A DNA stretch of 64,000 nucleotides from an uncultured Clostridiaceae bacterium (GTDB taxonomy: Bacteria > Bacillota > Clostridia > TANB77 > CAG-465): the NCBI GenBank assembly GCA_947381905.1, contig CANCXL010000006.1, positions 448 to 64,447 of the forward strand, written 5' to 3'. Both the position numbers and the translations under genes were made by a program. This document shows, one piece after another, positions 19,872 to 29,404 of this stretch. Numbering within the stretch: position 1 is the first letter of the stretch; every line of letters begins with the position of its first letter. The notes under the pieces are model-generated. The model saw only the letters and a list, made by a program, of their open reading frames with translations. It was not told the origin of the DNA and made no database searches.

Positions 19872-20076
19872 CTCCTTTACTCTACACTATAATTATACAC
19901 CATAACACATATTAATTGTGTGTTAGATTAGTGAATTTTTCATTCATAATCTAATAATGTTAAATTAACTTTTTAACTATATTAAATTATGCTTATTACT
20001 ATTATATTTTTATTATTTATATACAATTACATTTAAATTTATGATATAATTCTTATATTACAACACGGAGGTGTAT

Positions 20077-20730
20077 ATGCAATATTTATTTTTAGATGAA
20101 TCTGGTAACTTACACAAAAATAGTCCTGATAGATTCTTTGTCATAGGTGGCATTTTTACTAATAACTATACAGATATAAAAAAATCATATGTAGAGATAA
20201 ATAAAGAATTAAAAGAAAAACTAAATATGGATTTTGAAGCTGAACTTAAAGCTGCATATCTAAATATGGAAGAAAAAATGGATATAGTAGTAAAACTTAG
20301 TCAAATGAAAGGCATGTATATTGTTGGAATAATTGTAGATAAAGAAAAGATAGGCATAGAAATAGAGAGAATACATTTATATTATAATTATATAATACGC
20401 AAACTATTAGACTATTTAATTAAGATAAAACTTATTAGAATTGGTAAAAATGATGATCTATATTTAAATATTGATAAAAGCTCTATGAAAATAGAAGATA
20501 TTAACTCACTACAAAATTATCTTAGAACTCATTTTAATATTGAAAAAGACTATCCTTTTGAAATAACTGTTGCATATTGGGATTCTAAAAAGAACTATAT
20601 GGTACAAGTAGCAGATATGATGGTAAATACTATGTGGAATTTAGCGCAAACTACTAAACCATTTTATATTTTTAACCATTTAAACAAAAATAAAAATATG
20701 ATAATTTGTAGATTAAATAAAATAAAATAA
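20077..20730 (+). CDS. DUF3800-family protein
   Basis: N-terminal LFLDESGN motif and C-terminal VQVADMM motif typical of DUF3800. ATG at 20077 is 5 nt after GGAGG. Confidence 0.65.
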   Translation: MQYLFLDESGNLHKNSPDRFFVIGGIFTNNYTDIKKSYVEINKELKEKLNMDFEAELKAAYLNMEEKMDIVVKLSQMKGMYIVGIIVDKEKIGIEIERIHLYYNYIIRKLLDYLIKIKLIRIGKNDDLYLNIDKSSMKIEDINSLQNYLRTHFNIEKDYPFEITVAYWDSKKNYMVQVADMMVNTMWNLAQTTKPFYIFNHLNKNKNMIICRLNKIK

Positions 20731-20731
20731 A

Positions 20732-20758
20732 TTAAAGCTCTCGTTTGGAGAGCTTTAA
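20732..20758. terminator. bidirectional terminator between convergent genes
   Basis: Perfect 11-bp stem TTAAAGCTCTC/GAGAGCTTTAA with 5-nt loop. Confidence 0.75.
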
Positions 20759-20759
20759 T

Positions 20760-22034
20760 TTATATTAGTTCTAATGGTATATAATTATTATTTTTATCTA
20801 TAGGGAACAATTCTGACTTCATGCAAATAACTCCACCATTACCAATTGTTAATCCAAATCTTTCAACAACATTAAAATTTCTAATTGCTTCTTTACCTGG
20901 ATTTGAACTTTTCTTTATCTCTATTGGATATACTGTATTGTTATATATAATAAGTAAATCAATTTCTTTATTATTGTTATCTCTATAATAATATAAATAT
21001 TTCTTTGCATCCATTCCATTATTTGTATATGATTTAATTATTTCTGTTATTACATACGTTTCAAATATTGCACCATTGAAAGCACTTTTCTCTAACGTAA
21101 CTTCATCTAAATATCCTGCCAAATAACAAGCAAGTCCAGTATCCATAAAATATATTTTAGGCTTTTTTACTATTCTAGAAATATTATTATTTGAATATGG
21201 TTGTAATAAATATATTAAACCAGAATTTGCAAGAACAGAAATCCACTTTTCTCCAGTTGCATTAGAAATTCCAACTTCTTTGCAAATATCATTAATATTG
21301 AGTTCTTGACCAGTTCTAACTGCAACATTACTTATAAACTTCATAAATTTAACTTCATCTTGTACTTTAATTAATTGCCTTATATCTCTTTCCATATATG
21401 TTTTTATATATGCCTCAAAAAATTTATTTCTATCTAATAATTCATTTTTATATATTTCTGGATAACTTCCATTTATTATTTTCTTAAAAACATTAATTGT
21501 ATCATATTGAGTAATTTTCTCTTTTTTTTCTAATATTTCTAAATCTGGAAGAAAGAATGACTCTTCTTTTTTCTCACATTCTCTATTACTTAATCCATAT
21601 AAATCAAGTATTCCAACTCTTCCCGCTAAAGATTCATCAACACCTTCCATTATTCTAAAAGCTTGTGAACCAGTTAAATAATACAACCCATTACACTCAA
21701 TATTAGAATCTACTAAATTATCTAGCCTTTTAGAGTCTACTACCGTTTTTATATAAGATAATATATTAGGTGCATATTGAAATTCATCTATAATTAATGG
21801 GGTTTTATATGTTCTAAAAAACAATTCAGGATCTTCTACTGCAAGTATTCTTGAATTCATATCATCTAAAGTTACATAGTTAATTTTATTTTCCATACTA
21901 TTTCCCAATATATTTAAAACTGTTGTTTTTCCAACTTGTCTTGGCCCTGTAAGCATTATTACTGGAAAAGATTTAGACATTTCTATTATTTTCTTTTCTA
22001 TTGTTCTATTAATATATTTATTCATATCTATCAC
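20760..22034 (-). CDS. AAA+ ATPase with C-terminal DUF4143-like region (COG1373 type)
   Basis: Walker A GPRQVGKTT, Walker B LIIDEFQ. Length and C-terminal EIDLLI...PIEIK pattern fit the family. Confidence 0.75.
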   Translation of the reverse strand: MIDMNKYINRTIEKKIIEMSKSFPVIMLTGPRQVGKTTVLNILGNSMENKINYVTLDDMNSRILAVEDPELFFRTYKTPLIIDEFQYAPNILSYIKTVVDSKRLDNLVDSNIECNGLYYLTGSQAFRIMEGVDESLAGRVGILDLYGLSNRECEKKEESFFLPDLEILEKKEKITQYDTINVFKKIINGSYPEIYKNELLDRNKFFEAYIKTYMERDIRQLIKVQDEVKFMKFISNVAVRTGQELNINDICKEVGISNATGEKWISVLANSGLIYLLQPYSNNNISRIVKKPKIYFMDTGLACYLAGYLDEVTLEKSAFNGAIFETYVITEIIKSYTNNGMDAKKYLYYYRDNNNKEIDLLIIYNNTVYPIEIKKSSNPGKEAIRNFNVVERFGLTIGNGGVICMKSELFPIDKNNNYIPLELI

Positions 22035-22075
22035 CTATAATTATATTATACGCTTTTTTTAATTAAAATTCAATA

Positions 22076-22122
22076 AAAACTTATACATTTTTTTAGTACT
22101 ATTAAAAAAATGTATAAGTTTT
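22076..22122 (-). terminator. long perfect hairpin (19-bp stem) downstream of vanZ paralog 2
   Basis: AAAACTTATACATTTTTTT / AAAAAAATGTATAAGTTTT with 9-nt loop. Confidence 0.6.
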
Positions 22123-22147
22123 GCTTTAAAAAGAAAAAATAAATATA

Positions 22148-22654
22148 TTAATTAATTATTTTCTTTATAATAAAATTTTTAATTTTTGTTGTAATAATAA
22201 ATAGTATAATACCTGTAATTACTCCACATGTGTCTATCAATACATCAGTGACTTGTCCACTTCTATAAGGTACAAATAATTGATGTATTTCATCACTTGT
22301 TGCATACAATGCACCTATTATTGTCGTATAAATTACTTTTCTTTTTCTAGTTAATTTATATTTGTTTATCATATTGTATATTAATATTCCGCCTAATGTG
22401 TATATAGAAAAGTGTGCAAGTTTTCTTACAAAAGGTTGTAACGCTTCAACTATCATTTCTAAATTTTCATTTGATATATTTTTATCGAAAAAGATTATTA
22501 TTTTTCTAATCGTATTCCCACTTTGTGCTTTTGATGTATCTCCAACCTGGGAGGAAAACCAAAACACAATGGACATCCATAATATAACTATAGCAATATC
22601 TATTATTTTTATTATTATTTCTTTATTGTTATATTTCTTTTTATTATCTTCCAT
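22148..22654 (-). CDS. VanZ-family membrane protein (paralog 2)
   Basis: RKLAHFSIY...DEIHQLFVPYRSGQVTDVLIDTCGV is the same signature as 18399-18980. Confidence 0.8.
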   Translation of the reverse strand: MEDNKKKYNNKEIIIKIIDIAIVILWMSIVFWFSSQVGDTSKAQSGNTIRKIIIFFDKNISNENLEMIVEALQPFVRKLAHFSIYTLGGILIYNMINKYKLTRKRKVIYTTIIGALYATSDEIHQLFVPYRSGQVTDVLIDTCGVITGIILFIITTKIKNFIIKKIIN

Positions 22655-22743
22655 ATTTCCAAATCCTTACTATATTTATATATTATATAGCAATATTTCA
22701 AAAAAATCCATAAAAAAATTGAGCAGAACTACCTGCTCAACAT

Positions 22744-23451
22744 TTATTCATAATATTCTACATCTTTTACTTCAAATTCGTATTTGCCATCATCTGTAGG
22801 ATATACTACTATACTTGTTATTTTTTCTTGTCCCAAATCTAAGTTTTCAATTGTTGTACTGGCACCAGTATTTTTTTCTACAATTGTTGCTTTGTATAAC
22901 GGTTTCTTTGATTCATTCTTTACAAACACAGTTAGTGTATCTTGTTCAACATCTACATATGTTACTTTGTAATATGCATTAACTATGACACCGTTATTAT
23001 TAACATCAGTAACTGGATTAATTGTATGAACACTTCCACCAATACTATGAGAAATTATAATGAATATAATGGTTATCATACACCAGAAAACTATGCATGC
23101 TTTTGCAGCATTTTGCCCCCAAGTATCAACTTTATTGTATTTTTCTCTGTACTTATCTTTCAATCGCTTTTCTTCTTTAATCTGGGCTTGCATTTGTTTT
23201 TGTGCCTTTAAATTCTCATCGTCCTCATCCATTATTTCAGTCTCTAGCTCTCTAGGTATGTAGCCATCACTCTCTCTGCGTTCTTTTTCTAATCTTTGTG
23301 CTTCCTCATCATGTTTTCTAGCCTTTTTTGCATAGTATGCCATAATGCAGCTTGAAATTATAACAATTCCAACAAATATTAGCATAACTGCTAGCCATAA
23401 AACTGTTACATTGTTTGCAACCTCTGTTGCATGAATTATTCCGTTACTCAT
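22744..23451 (-). CDS. hypothetical membrane protein (two TM segments, charged coiled-coil loop, beta-rich C-terminal domain)
   Basis: AAGGAGG SD, own TTGACA/TGGTATAAT promoter (23538-23572 region) and own terminator (22711-22732). Confidence 0.6.
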   Translation of the reverse strand: MSNGIIHATEVANNVTVLWLAVMLIFVGIVIISSCIMAYYAKKARKHDEEAQRLEKERRESDGYIPRELETEIMDEDDENLKAQKQMQAQIKEEKRLKDKYREKYNKVDTWGQNAAKACIVFWCMITIIFIIISHSIGGSVHTINPVTDVNNNGVIVNAYYKVTYVDVEQDTLTVFVKNESKKPLYKATIVEKNTGASTTIENLDLGQEKITSIVVYPTDDGKYEFEVKDVEYYE

Positions 23452-23628
23452 CTCGGAACCTCCTTATAAACTGTTTATACGATATTTATCGTATACTTCT
23501 AAGCAAAATTTCAAGTTTGAAATTTCTTACATATTTTAGAAGCAAGCTCATTATACCACTCGAGTATAATTATGTCAATTATTATTTTACTTTCTGTATA
23601 AAAAATAGAGTGCACTCGCACTCTACAT

Positions 23629-24285
23629 CTATATCATTACATTTTCAGAAATCAAGCTAAATAGAATTGGTTCATCTTCTGTTTCATCTATTAAGTATTT
23701 GACATTGCCATCTTCTATACATAGTTTTGTTTGCTTGTCATCTATATAATAAGTATATTCTATCTTTACATCTGGATACATTTGAGATAACTTCATAAAC
23801 AATAATACTGGTGCTTTATCAAAAGTAGTAAATTCAATAGTATTCTTCTTAACTTGAGGATTATATGCTCCACTACCTGTTCCCCATAATGCATCTCTTA
23901 CCATATATCCATTAAAAATAGCTTTACTTTTTATCTTATTTATAAAATTTTCTGCATCTTTAATTAACATACTAGTCTGATATTTTGCTCTAGCACTGCA
24001 CAATTCTTTTTTCTCTAAAACTTTAAATTTATATGGAAATTGTCTTGTAATACCAACAAATTCAAAAGTCTTAATTAAATCTTGTTTTTTCTCTGGATGT
24101 TGTTCTATATATATGTTACAACAAAGATTCATATAGTAATCTAAACTTAGGTCGTCTTTGTCCTCATCCATAGGTATTATTTTTGAAAAATCTATTGCTG
24201 ATTTTTCACTCCTTAATTTTTTTAAAACTCCTTTAACTGAGTTATCTTTTCCTATTAAATTAATTTGATTTTTAATAATTATCAT
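23629..24285 (-). CDS. hypothetical protein, DUF1281/Api92-like pattern (weak)
   Basis: DFSKIIPMDED and RDALWGTGSGAYN...FTTFDKAPVLLFMKLSQMYPDVKIEYTY resemble the family pattern FdFnkIIPMPeeL ... NWGTKWda ... F.TAW.pP. Recalled from memory, not searched. Confidence 0.45.
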   Translation of the reverse strand: MIIIKNQINLIGKDNSVKGVLKKLRSEKSAIDFSKIIPMDEDKDDLSLDYYMNLCCNIYIEQHPEKKQDLIKTFEFVGITRQFPYKFKVLEKKELCSARAKYQTSMLIKDAENFINKIKSKAIFNGYMVRDALWGTGSGAYNPQVKKNTIEFTTFDKAPVLLFMKLSQMYPDVKIEYTYYIDDKQTKLCIEDGNVKYLIDETEDEPILFSLISENVMI

Positions 24286-24354
24286 AATAATTATTCATCC
24301 TTTCCTTTTTAATTCCTATGTACACCTAAAAATACAACTATCAAACTATTATAC

Positions 24355-24430
24355 TCACCTCCAAATTATTAGTTGTGTTAGATTTTTTTAAATGTTTAAT
24401 TATTATACCATGCTTATAAGGTTATGTCAA
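24355..24430 (-). promoter_or_regulatory. promoter-leader cassette copy 1 (TTGACATAA-N-TGGTATAAT plus conserved leader ending in AATAATTTGGAGGTGA)
   Basis: -35 at 24425-24430, -10 at 24402-24407, SD-like GGAGGTGA at 24355-24362, about 70 nt upstream of the real start codon. Confidence 0.7.
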
Positions 24431-24480
24431 CTTTTGTAATAAAATTAAAGACCTTGAAATAAATCAAGGTCTTATTTATT

Positions 24481-24924
24481 TTAATTAAAACAACGAGTTA
24501 TAGAATACTTACACGATCTAAATCTATCTGATACTCTTGTTTCTTTGGATAATTTTCCTTTTCTATAAAAATCTGTATTTATTACTGACTTATCCCCATT
24601 TTCCACAAGATATCTTGATTCTGCATCAAATTTATATCCTCTAACTAGATGTAATAGTAACTTTTTAATTTTTTCATCTGAATAAATGATATATATTTCT
24701 GATGAATTAGGTTTTGCATAAATTAATTTTTTATTTAAGTCTAATCTTGATACTTTCCAGTTACTATCTACAAATGTTGTAGATACATTTGTCATATCTT
24801 TTGGACATTTTACTGAAATAACATTTACTCCTTTATCTTTTACTTCCTTTAAAAATCTCTCAATTACGATTCCTTCAGCTTTAATATATAAAACGTTAGT
24901 TAACTTTTTTGATATCTTTGTCAT
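24481..24924 (-). CDS. hypothetical protein (147 aa)
   Basis: GAAGGGAG SD, own promoter cassette and own terminator (24449-24474). No recognisable motif. Confidence 0.55.
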   Translation of the reverse strand: MTKISKKLTNVLYIKAEGIVIERFLKEVKDKGVNVISVKCPKDMTNVSTTFVDSNWKVSRLDLNKKLIYAKPNSSEIYIIYSDEKIKKLLLHLVRGYKFDAESRYLVENGDKSVINTDFYRKGKLSKETRVSDRFRSCKYSITRCFN

Positions 24925-24992
24925 AAATTAATGACTCCCTTCTTAAAAATTATTTTTTTTGTAAAAGAATAAATTTAATTTTAGAACTTACT

Positions 24993-25067
24993 CACCTCCA
25001 AATTATTTTTGCGTGTTAAAATTTAATAATGTTTGCATATTATATCACTTGTTTATAATTATGTCAA
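24993..25067 (-). promoter_or_regulatory. promoter-leader cassette copy 2
   Basis: -35 at 25062-25067, -10 at 25039-25044 (TGATATAAT), SD-like GGAGGTGA ending at 24993-24999. Same spacing as copies 1 and 3. Confidence 0.7.
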
Positions 25068-25115
25068 CACTTTATTTTGATTTATCTAGTATCAGTAAAA
25101 ATAAAAAAAGAGAGA

Positions 25116-25499
25116 TTATTTCGTCTCTACAAATTTTAGTTCTACAATCTCAAACTGAACATCTTCAAATTTAGTATTTGAATTAAAATATAATTTAGTT
25201 GATTTACCAGGCCTTAGTTTATGAAATGTATCTGTAATTTGGGAATTCTTTTCTCTTACCACAAGAGTTCCTATCATCTTATCTGTTTTATTTTCTATCT
25301 GTAAGAAAACCTCCTGATTCATAAATACATGATATACCTGCTCATACTGTGTAAGTTCAAATCCATCTTTTGCTATATTATACTTACGATTAATTCTTAT
25401 ACCGTTAGTTAGTAATACAATTACCACCGTTGCAACAATAAATTCAATTAAAAAAACAACAAATAAGTAAACAACAAGCTTGTCTAAATTACTTTTCAA
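25116..25499 (-). CDS. hypothetical single-pass membrane protein with beta-rich C-terminal domain
   Basis: N-terminal TM segment LVVYLFVVFLIEFIVATVVIVLL, AGGAGG SD, own TTGACA/TATAAT promoter. Confidence 0.55.
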   Translation of the reverse strand: MKSNLDKLVVYLFVVFLIEFIVATVVIVLLTNGIRINRKYNIAKDGFELTQYEQVYHVFMNQEVFLQIENKTDKMIGTLVVREKNSQITDTFHKLRPGKSTKLYFNSNTKFEDVQFEIVELKFVETK

Positions 25500-25709
25500 T
25501 ATAGCCTCCTTCTAGAAGAAATATTTTTTCTCTAGATGTAACATATAAATTTATATGTTATTTCTCCATTTATTTTCTCAAACATTATATCACTTTCTAT
25601 TTTTTATGTCAATTAATATGTTTTTTATAATTACTTAAATATAAAAAGAGTTTAGAAATATATTCTAAACTCTTTATCTTTGATCTATTATTAATGTTAT
25701 AATTATGAA

Positions 25710-27188
25710 CTAATTATCATTAACAGAATCACTTTCTGGATTTACACCAGTAAGATTAACATTTCTTGTTGTTTTTCCTTCAAATGTGTCAGCCTTAATG
25801 ATTTCATTTAAATCAATTCCTGTTGCTTCTTTAACAGATTCAATTACTTTAGCCATTACAATAGGAACGTTTCCAGCCATATCTGCTACACCATTTGAAT
25901 TACCACCAATAACTGTAACCTTATCTATTGACGAGATAGGCTCTGCAATATTTTTAGCCATTTCTGGAAGAATATTAAATGCCATCTCAAGAATAGCAGC
26001 TTCTCCATATTTTTTCATAGCTTCTGCTTTTTTATCTATTGCTTCTGCCTCTGCTATACCTTTTGCACGAATTGCAGCTGCTTCTGCTTGACCTTTTGCT
26101 TCAATTGCTTTTGCTTCTTGCTCTTGTGCATATTTATCTGCATCTGCCTTTTTCATTAAAGCCTCTGCTTCAAGTTCAGCTTCAACTTTCTTTGCTTCTG
26201 CATCTTTTGTCCTAATGTATAGCTTAGCATCTGCTTCTTGTTGTTCTTTAAACTTTTCAGCCTCTGCCTTTTTCTTTATTTCAGCTTCTAGAGATTGCTC
26301 CATGACTTTAACTTCTCGTTCTTTAAGTTCAACTTCACGTTCCCTTTTGGCAATCTCTGCATTAGTAGACGCAGTTTCAATTGTTTTTCTTTGCTCTTGT
26401 TTTTGAATTTCAAAAGCAGCATCAGCTTCAGCAGCTTTAGTATCTGCAGCTTTTTTTAACTCAGATTTTCTAATATCTAGTTCATTCTTTTTTTGCGCAA
26501 TTTCTAAATCCGCTTTAACACGTGCTTCGTTTGCTTCTTTATCTGCTTCGGCCTGTTTTATAGCAACATCTCTATCTGCTTCTGCTTTTGCAATAGCTGC
26601 ATCTTTACGAATTTTAGCAGTATTATCCATCCCCATGTTTTTAATAAGATCACTCTCATCTTCAACATTTTGAATGTTACATGAAATAATTTCAATACCT
26701 AAATTTTTCATGTCAACAGAAGCTTTTTGCTGTACCTGATTACCAAATTCTTCTCTATTATTACAAATATCTCTTAAAGAAATTGTTCCAACAATCTCAC
26801 GCATATTTCCTTGTAGAGAGTCTTGTAAATCTTCAATGATATCTTTTGAATCTTTATTTAAAAAGTTCTTCATAGCTCTTTCTAGAAGATCTGGCTCTGT
26901 ACTAACTCTTACTTTAGCTACAGCATCCACTTGAATGTTAATAAAATCTAGTGTTGGTATATACCCATCAGTTTTAATATCTACAGTAACTTGTTTTAAT
27001 GATAATTTGTCTATTCTTTCAAGAAACGGAATTCTAATTCCAGCACGTCCAATTAAGATACGTGGTTGTTTCTTAAATCCAGATATAATATATGCTGTAT
27101 CTGGTGGTGCTTTAACATAGCCTTTCACAATTATAAGTAATAATAACGCTACTGCAACTACGCCAATTCCAATATAAACATAAATCAT
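25710..27188 (-). CDS. flotillin-like SPFH/Band-7 protein (FloT/YuaG type)
   Basis: N-terminal TM segment, SPFH domain, then a long Ala/Glu/Lys coiled-coil (AEAD...KAEAE repeats) and C-terminal flotillin-type tail. Confidence 0.9.
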   Translation of the reverse strand: MIYVYIGIGVVAVALLLLIIVKGYVKAPPDTAYIISGFKKQPRILIGRAGIRIPFLERIDKLSLKQVTVDIKTDGYIPTLDFINIQVDAVAKVRVSTEPDLLERAMKNFLNKDSKDIIEDLQDSLQGNMREIVGTISLRDICNNREEFGNQVQQKASVDMKNLGIEIISCNIQNVEDESDLIKNMGMDNTAKIRKDAAIAKAEADRDVAIKQAEADKEANEARVKADLEIAQKKNELDIRKSELKKAADTKAAEADAAFEIQKQEQRKTIETASTNAEIAKREREVELKEREVKVMEQSLEAEIKKKAEAEKFKEQQEADAKLYIRTKDAEAKKVEAELEAEALMKKADADKYAQEQEAKAIEAKGQAEAAAIRAKGIAEAEAIDKKAEAMKKYGEAAILEMAFNILPEMAKNIAEPISSIDKVTVIGGNSNGVADMAGNVPIVMAKVIESVKEATGIDLNEIIKADTFEGKTTRNVNLTGVNPESDSVNDN

Positions 27189-27247
27189 AACATATACCTC
27201 TTTCTTTCTAAAATTTTACATTTAATAACAACTTATTACAATAATTC

Positions 27248-27322
27248 ACCTCCCAAATTATTAGAAGTTGTTAAATATTTTAAATGCTTAGAAATTATAC
27301 CACCCTTTTATGTTTATGTCAA
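27248..27322 (-). promoter_or_regulatory. promoter-leader cassette copy 3 (drives flotillin)
   Basis: -35 at 27317-27322, -10 at 27294-27299 (TGGTATAAT), SD-like GGGAGGTGA at 27248-27255. Confidence 0.7.
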
Positions 27323-27358
27323 CTTTAATGTGTAAAAAAATAAAGGTTGTTAAAACCT

Positions 27359-28312
27359 TTATTCTCCATAATAATATTTATTAAAATCTTCTTTTGCTCT
27401 ATCCATATCAAATTGGAAATAATATATGCCATAAATCATACTATCATAACCATAGTCTGTTGATGGAATTTGAACTGAGTTTATTTTCTTTAAATACTCA
27501 TTTCTATCTGCTGCAACTTCCATAAACATATCTTTATATTTATTAATATCCATATTTGTAGTTATATTTACCAATATATCGTCACTTATACTTAATATTT
27601 CATTAACGTCCTTTTTAGATATCTTATTCATTAAAGATATAAGTATAGATCTTTGTCTATATGCTCTTGTAAAATCATTACCAACATATCTATTTCTAGA
27701 GTGTGTTAATGCTTGTATTCCATTTAAGTTTATAGTTCCAGGTCCTGCAATCTTATTTTCTGCGGTAACTCTTTGATTAATAAAGTTTACCTCATCTTGA
27801 TCTAATGTTACCTCAACTCCACCAACTCTATCTATTGATGCAATAAGCCCAGAAAAATCTATAGTCATATACTGAGTTAAATTAAGTCCAAAATTTGAAT
27901 TGATTGTTTTCAAACTTAATTGTTCTTGTCCATACGCATATGCGTGATTTATTTTAGTCATGCCATAATCTGGGACATTTACATATGTATCTCTTGGTAT
28001 ACTAATTAAGTTTATTTCTTTTGTATCATTATTTATTACTACAATTATAATTGTATCTGATCTTCCAGCATATGCATTTTCTGTATCTCTTGAGTCGCTT
28101 CCAAATATAACAAATCTTGTATATTTTTCTACATCTACATGTTTTTGAGCAATTGTTTGAACCTCTATTCCTAAATCTTGTTCATCTACTGGCTTGTATG
28201 TCATTTTATCAAATTTAGATTTTACATATATATATCCTGCAAGTACACATCCTATTATAATCATGAGTATTACAGTTATTATAATAATAATTATCTTTAT
28301 AGATTTTTTCAT
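27359..28312 (-). CDS. LytR-CpsA-Psr (LCP) family glycopolymer transferase
   Basis: N-terminal TM anchor, FGSDSR...RSDTIIIV...ISIPRDTYV motifs. Confidence 0.9.
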   Translation of the reverse strand: MKKSIKIIIIIITVILMIIIGCVLAGYIYVKSKFDKMTYKPVDEQDLGIEVQTIAQKHVDVEKYTRFVIFGSDSRDTENAYAGRSDTIIIVVINNDTKEINLISIPRDTYVNVPDYGMTKINHAYAYGQEQLSLKTINSNFGLNLTQYMTIDFSGLIASIDRVGGVEVTLDQDEVNFINQRVTAENKIAGPGTINLNGIQALTHSRNRYVGNDFTRAYRQRSILISLMNKISKKDVNEILSISDDILVNITTNMDINKYKDMFMEVAADRNEYLKKINSVQIPSTDYGYDSMIYGIYYFQFDMDRAKEDFNKYYYGE

Positions 28313-28441
28313 TAATTTTTTTCTCCTTATTTACACCGCAAGATTATACCATATTTTACATAACATTTCAACAAAATCACATAACTTTCACAGTAAGAAA
28401 AAAAGAATTACACATTGTAATCCTTTTTTAGTATTATATAT

Positions 28442-29386
28442 TTATCTACAAATTATATATGCAGTATATAAAACATACATAGCAAGCATACATAATCCTT
28501 TTTTCTGTCCTATTCTCTTATTCTTTTGAAGCATAATGAATACAAGTAAGCTAGATAGTGACATAAATATTATATCCATTAGTGTTGTATAATTTAAAGA
28601 AATAGGAGATATTGTTGCTGTTGTTCCAAGTATAAACAATATATTAAATATATCTGAACCTATTACATTTCCTATTGCCATATCTGTTTCACCTTTTCTA
28701 CTTGCAACAACACTTGTTACAAGTTCAGGAAGTGATGTACCTATAGCAATTATTGTAAGTGCAATTAAACTCTCACTTATTCCCATTGACTTAGCAATAC
28801 CAGTAGCACCATTTACAACAAGTTGTCCTCCACCTACAACACCTGCTATACCAATTAAAATTAATATAACATCTTTAAAATTAAATTTAGGTCTTTCTTC
28901 TTTTTGCTCTTTTTGATTTTTCCTTACATTTGCTATCAAAGAATATATATATACTGCTAAAAAGCATAGTAAAACCATACCATTTGCACGTGTTATATAC
29001 CCAATTGTTTCTCCTCTTAAAAAATAATCTGCAGTCATTATTAACAATACAAATGCAGATAAAAGATAGTATGGAAAATCTCTTTTTCTTACTTCATCTT
29101 TTGCCTTAAGCATAGTAAATAGACCACATAATCCAAGTATTAATAACGAATTACATATATTTGATCCTACTACATTTCCTACAGAAATTTCGTTGCTTCC
29201 ATTTAAAGCCGCGGTTATACTTACTGCTGCTTCTGGTGCCGATGTACCAAATGCAACAATAGTAAGACCTATAATTAATGATGGTATTCCTAATGCTTTT
29301 GCAATATTACTGCTTCCATCTACAAATATGTCTGCACATTTTACAAGTAGAACTAGTCCAACAACTAGCATTAAAAAATTTAACAT
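28442..29386 (-). CDS. CaCA-family cation/Ca2+ antiporter (YrbG-like)
   Basis: Duplicated alpha-repeats GTSAPE and GTSLPE, 10 TM segments. Confidence 0.9.
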   Translation of the reverse strand: MLNFLMLVVGLVLLVKCADIFVDGSSNIAKALGIPSLIIGLTIVAFGTSAPEAAVSITAALNGSNEISVGNVVGSNICNSLLILGLCGLFTMLKAKDEVRKRDFPYYLLSAFVLLIMTADYFLRGETIGYITRANGMVLLCFLAVYIYSLIANVRKNQKEQKEERPKFNFKDVILILIGIAGVVGGGQLVVNGATGIAKSMGISESLIALTIIAIGTSLPELVTSVVASRKGETDMAIGNVIGSDIFNILFILGTTATISPISLNYTTLMDIIFMSLSSLLVFIMLQKNKRIGQKKGLCMLAMYVLYTAYIICR

Positions 29387-29404
29387 TTAAACTCCTCCTT
29401 TGTA

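Noticed and set aside
22362-23660. Several plus-strand ORFs (145, 62, 89, 67, 81 aa) overlapping vanZ-2 and the 235-aa membrane gene
   Set aside because: They are mutually overlapping and antisense to ORFs that have SDs, promoters and terminators. They translate to Ile/Phe-rich strings typical of AT-rich non-coding frames.
25116-25499. 127-aa membrane protein as the NfeD partner of flotillin
   Set aside because: It lies downstream of flotillin rather than upstream, is separately transcribed, and shows no recognisable NfeD OB-fold motif by eye. It is left as hypothetical.
25786-26406. Plus-strand ORFs (101 aa, 63 aa) antisense to flotillin
   Set aside because: They arise from the repetitive GCT/GAA-rich coiled-coil coding region. 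They give Ser/Ala-rich nonsense translations with no translation signals.
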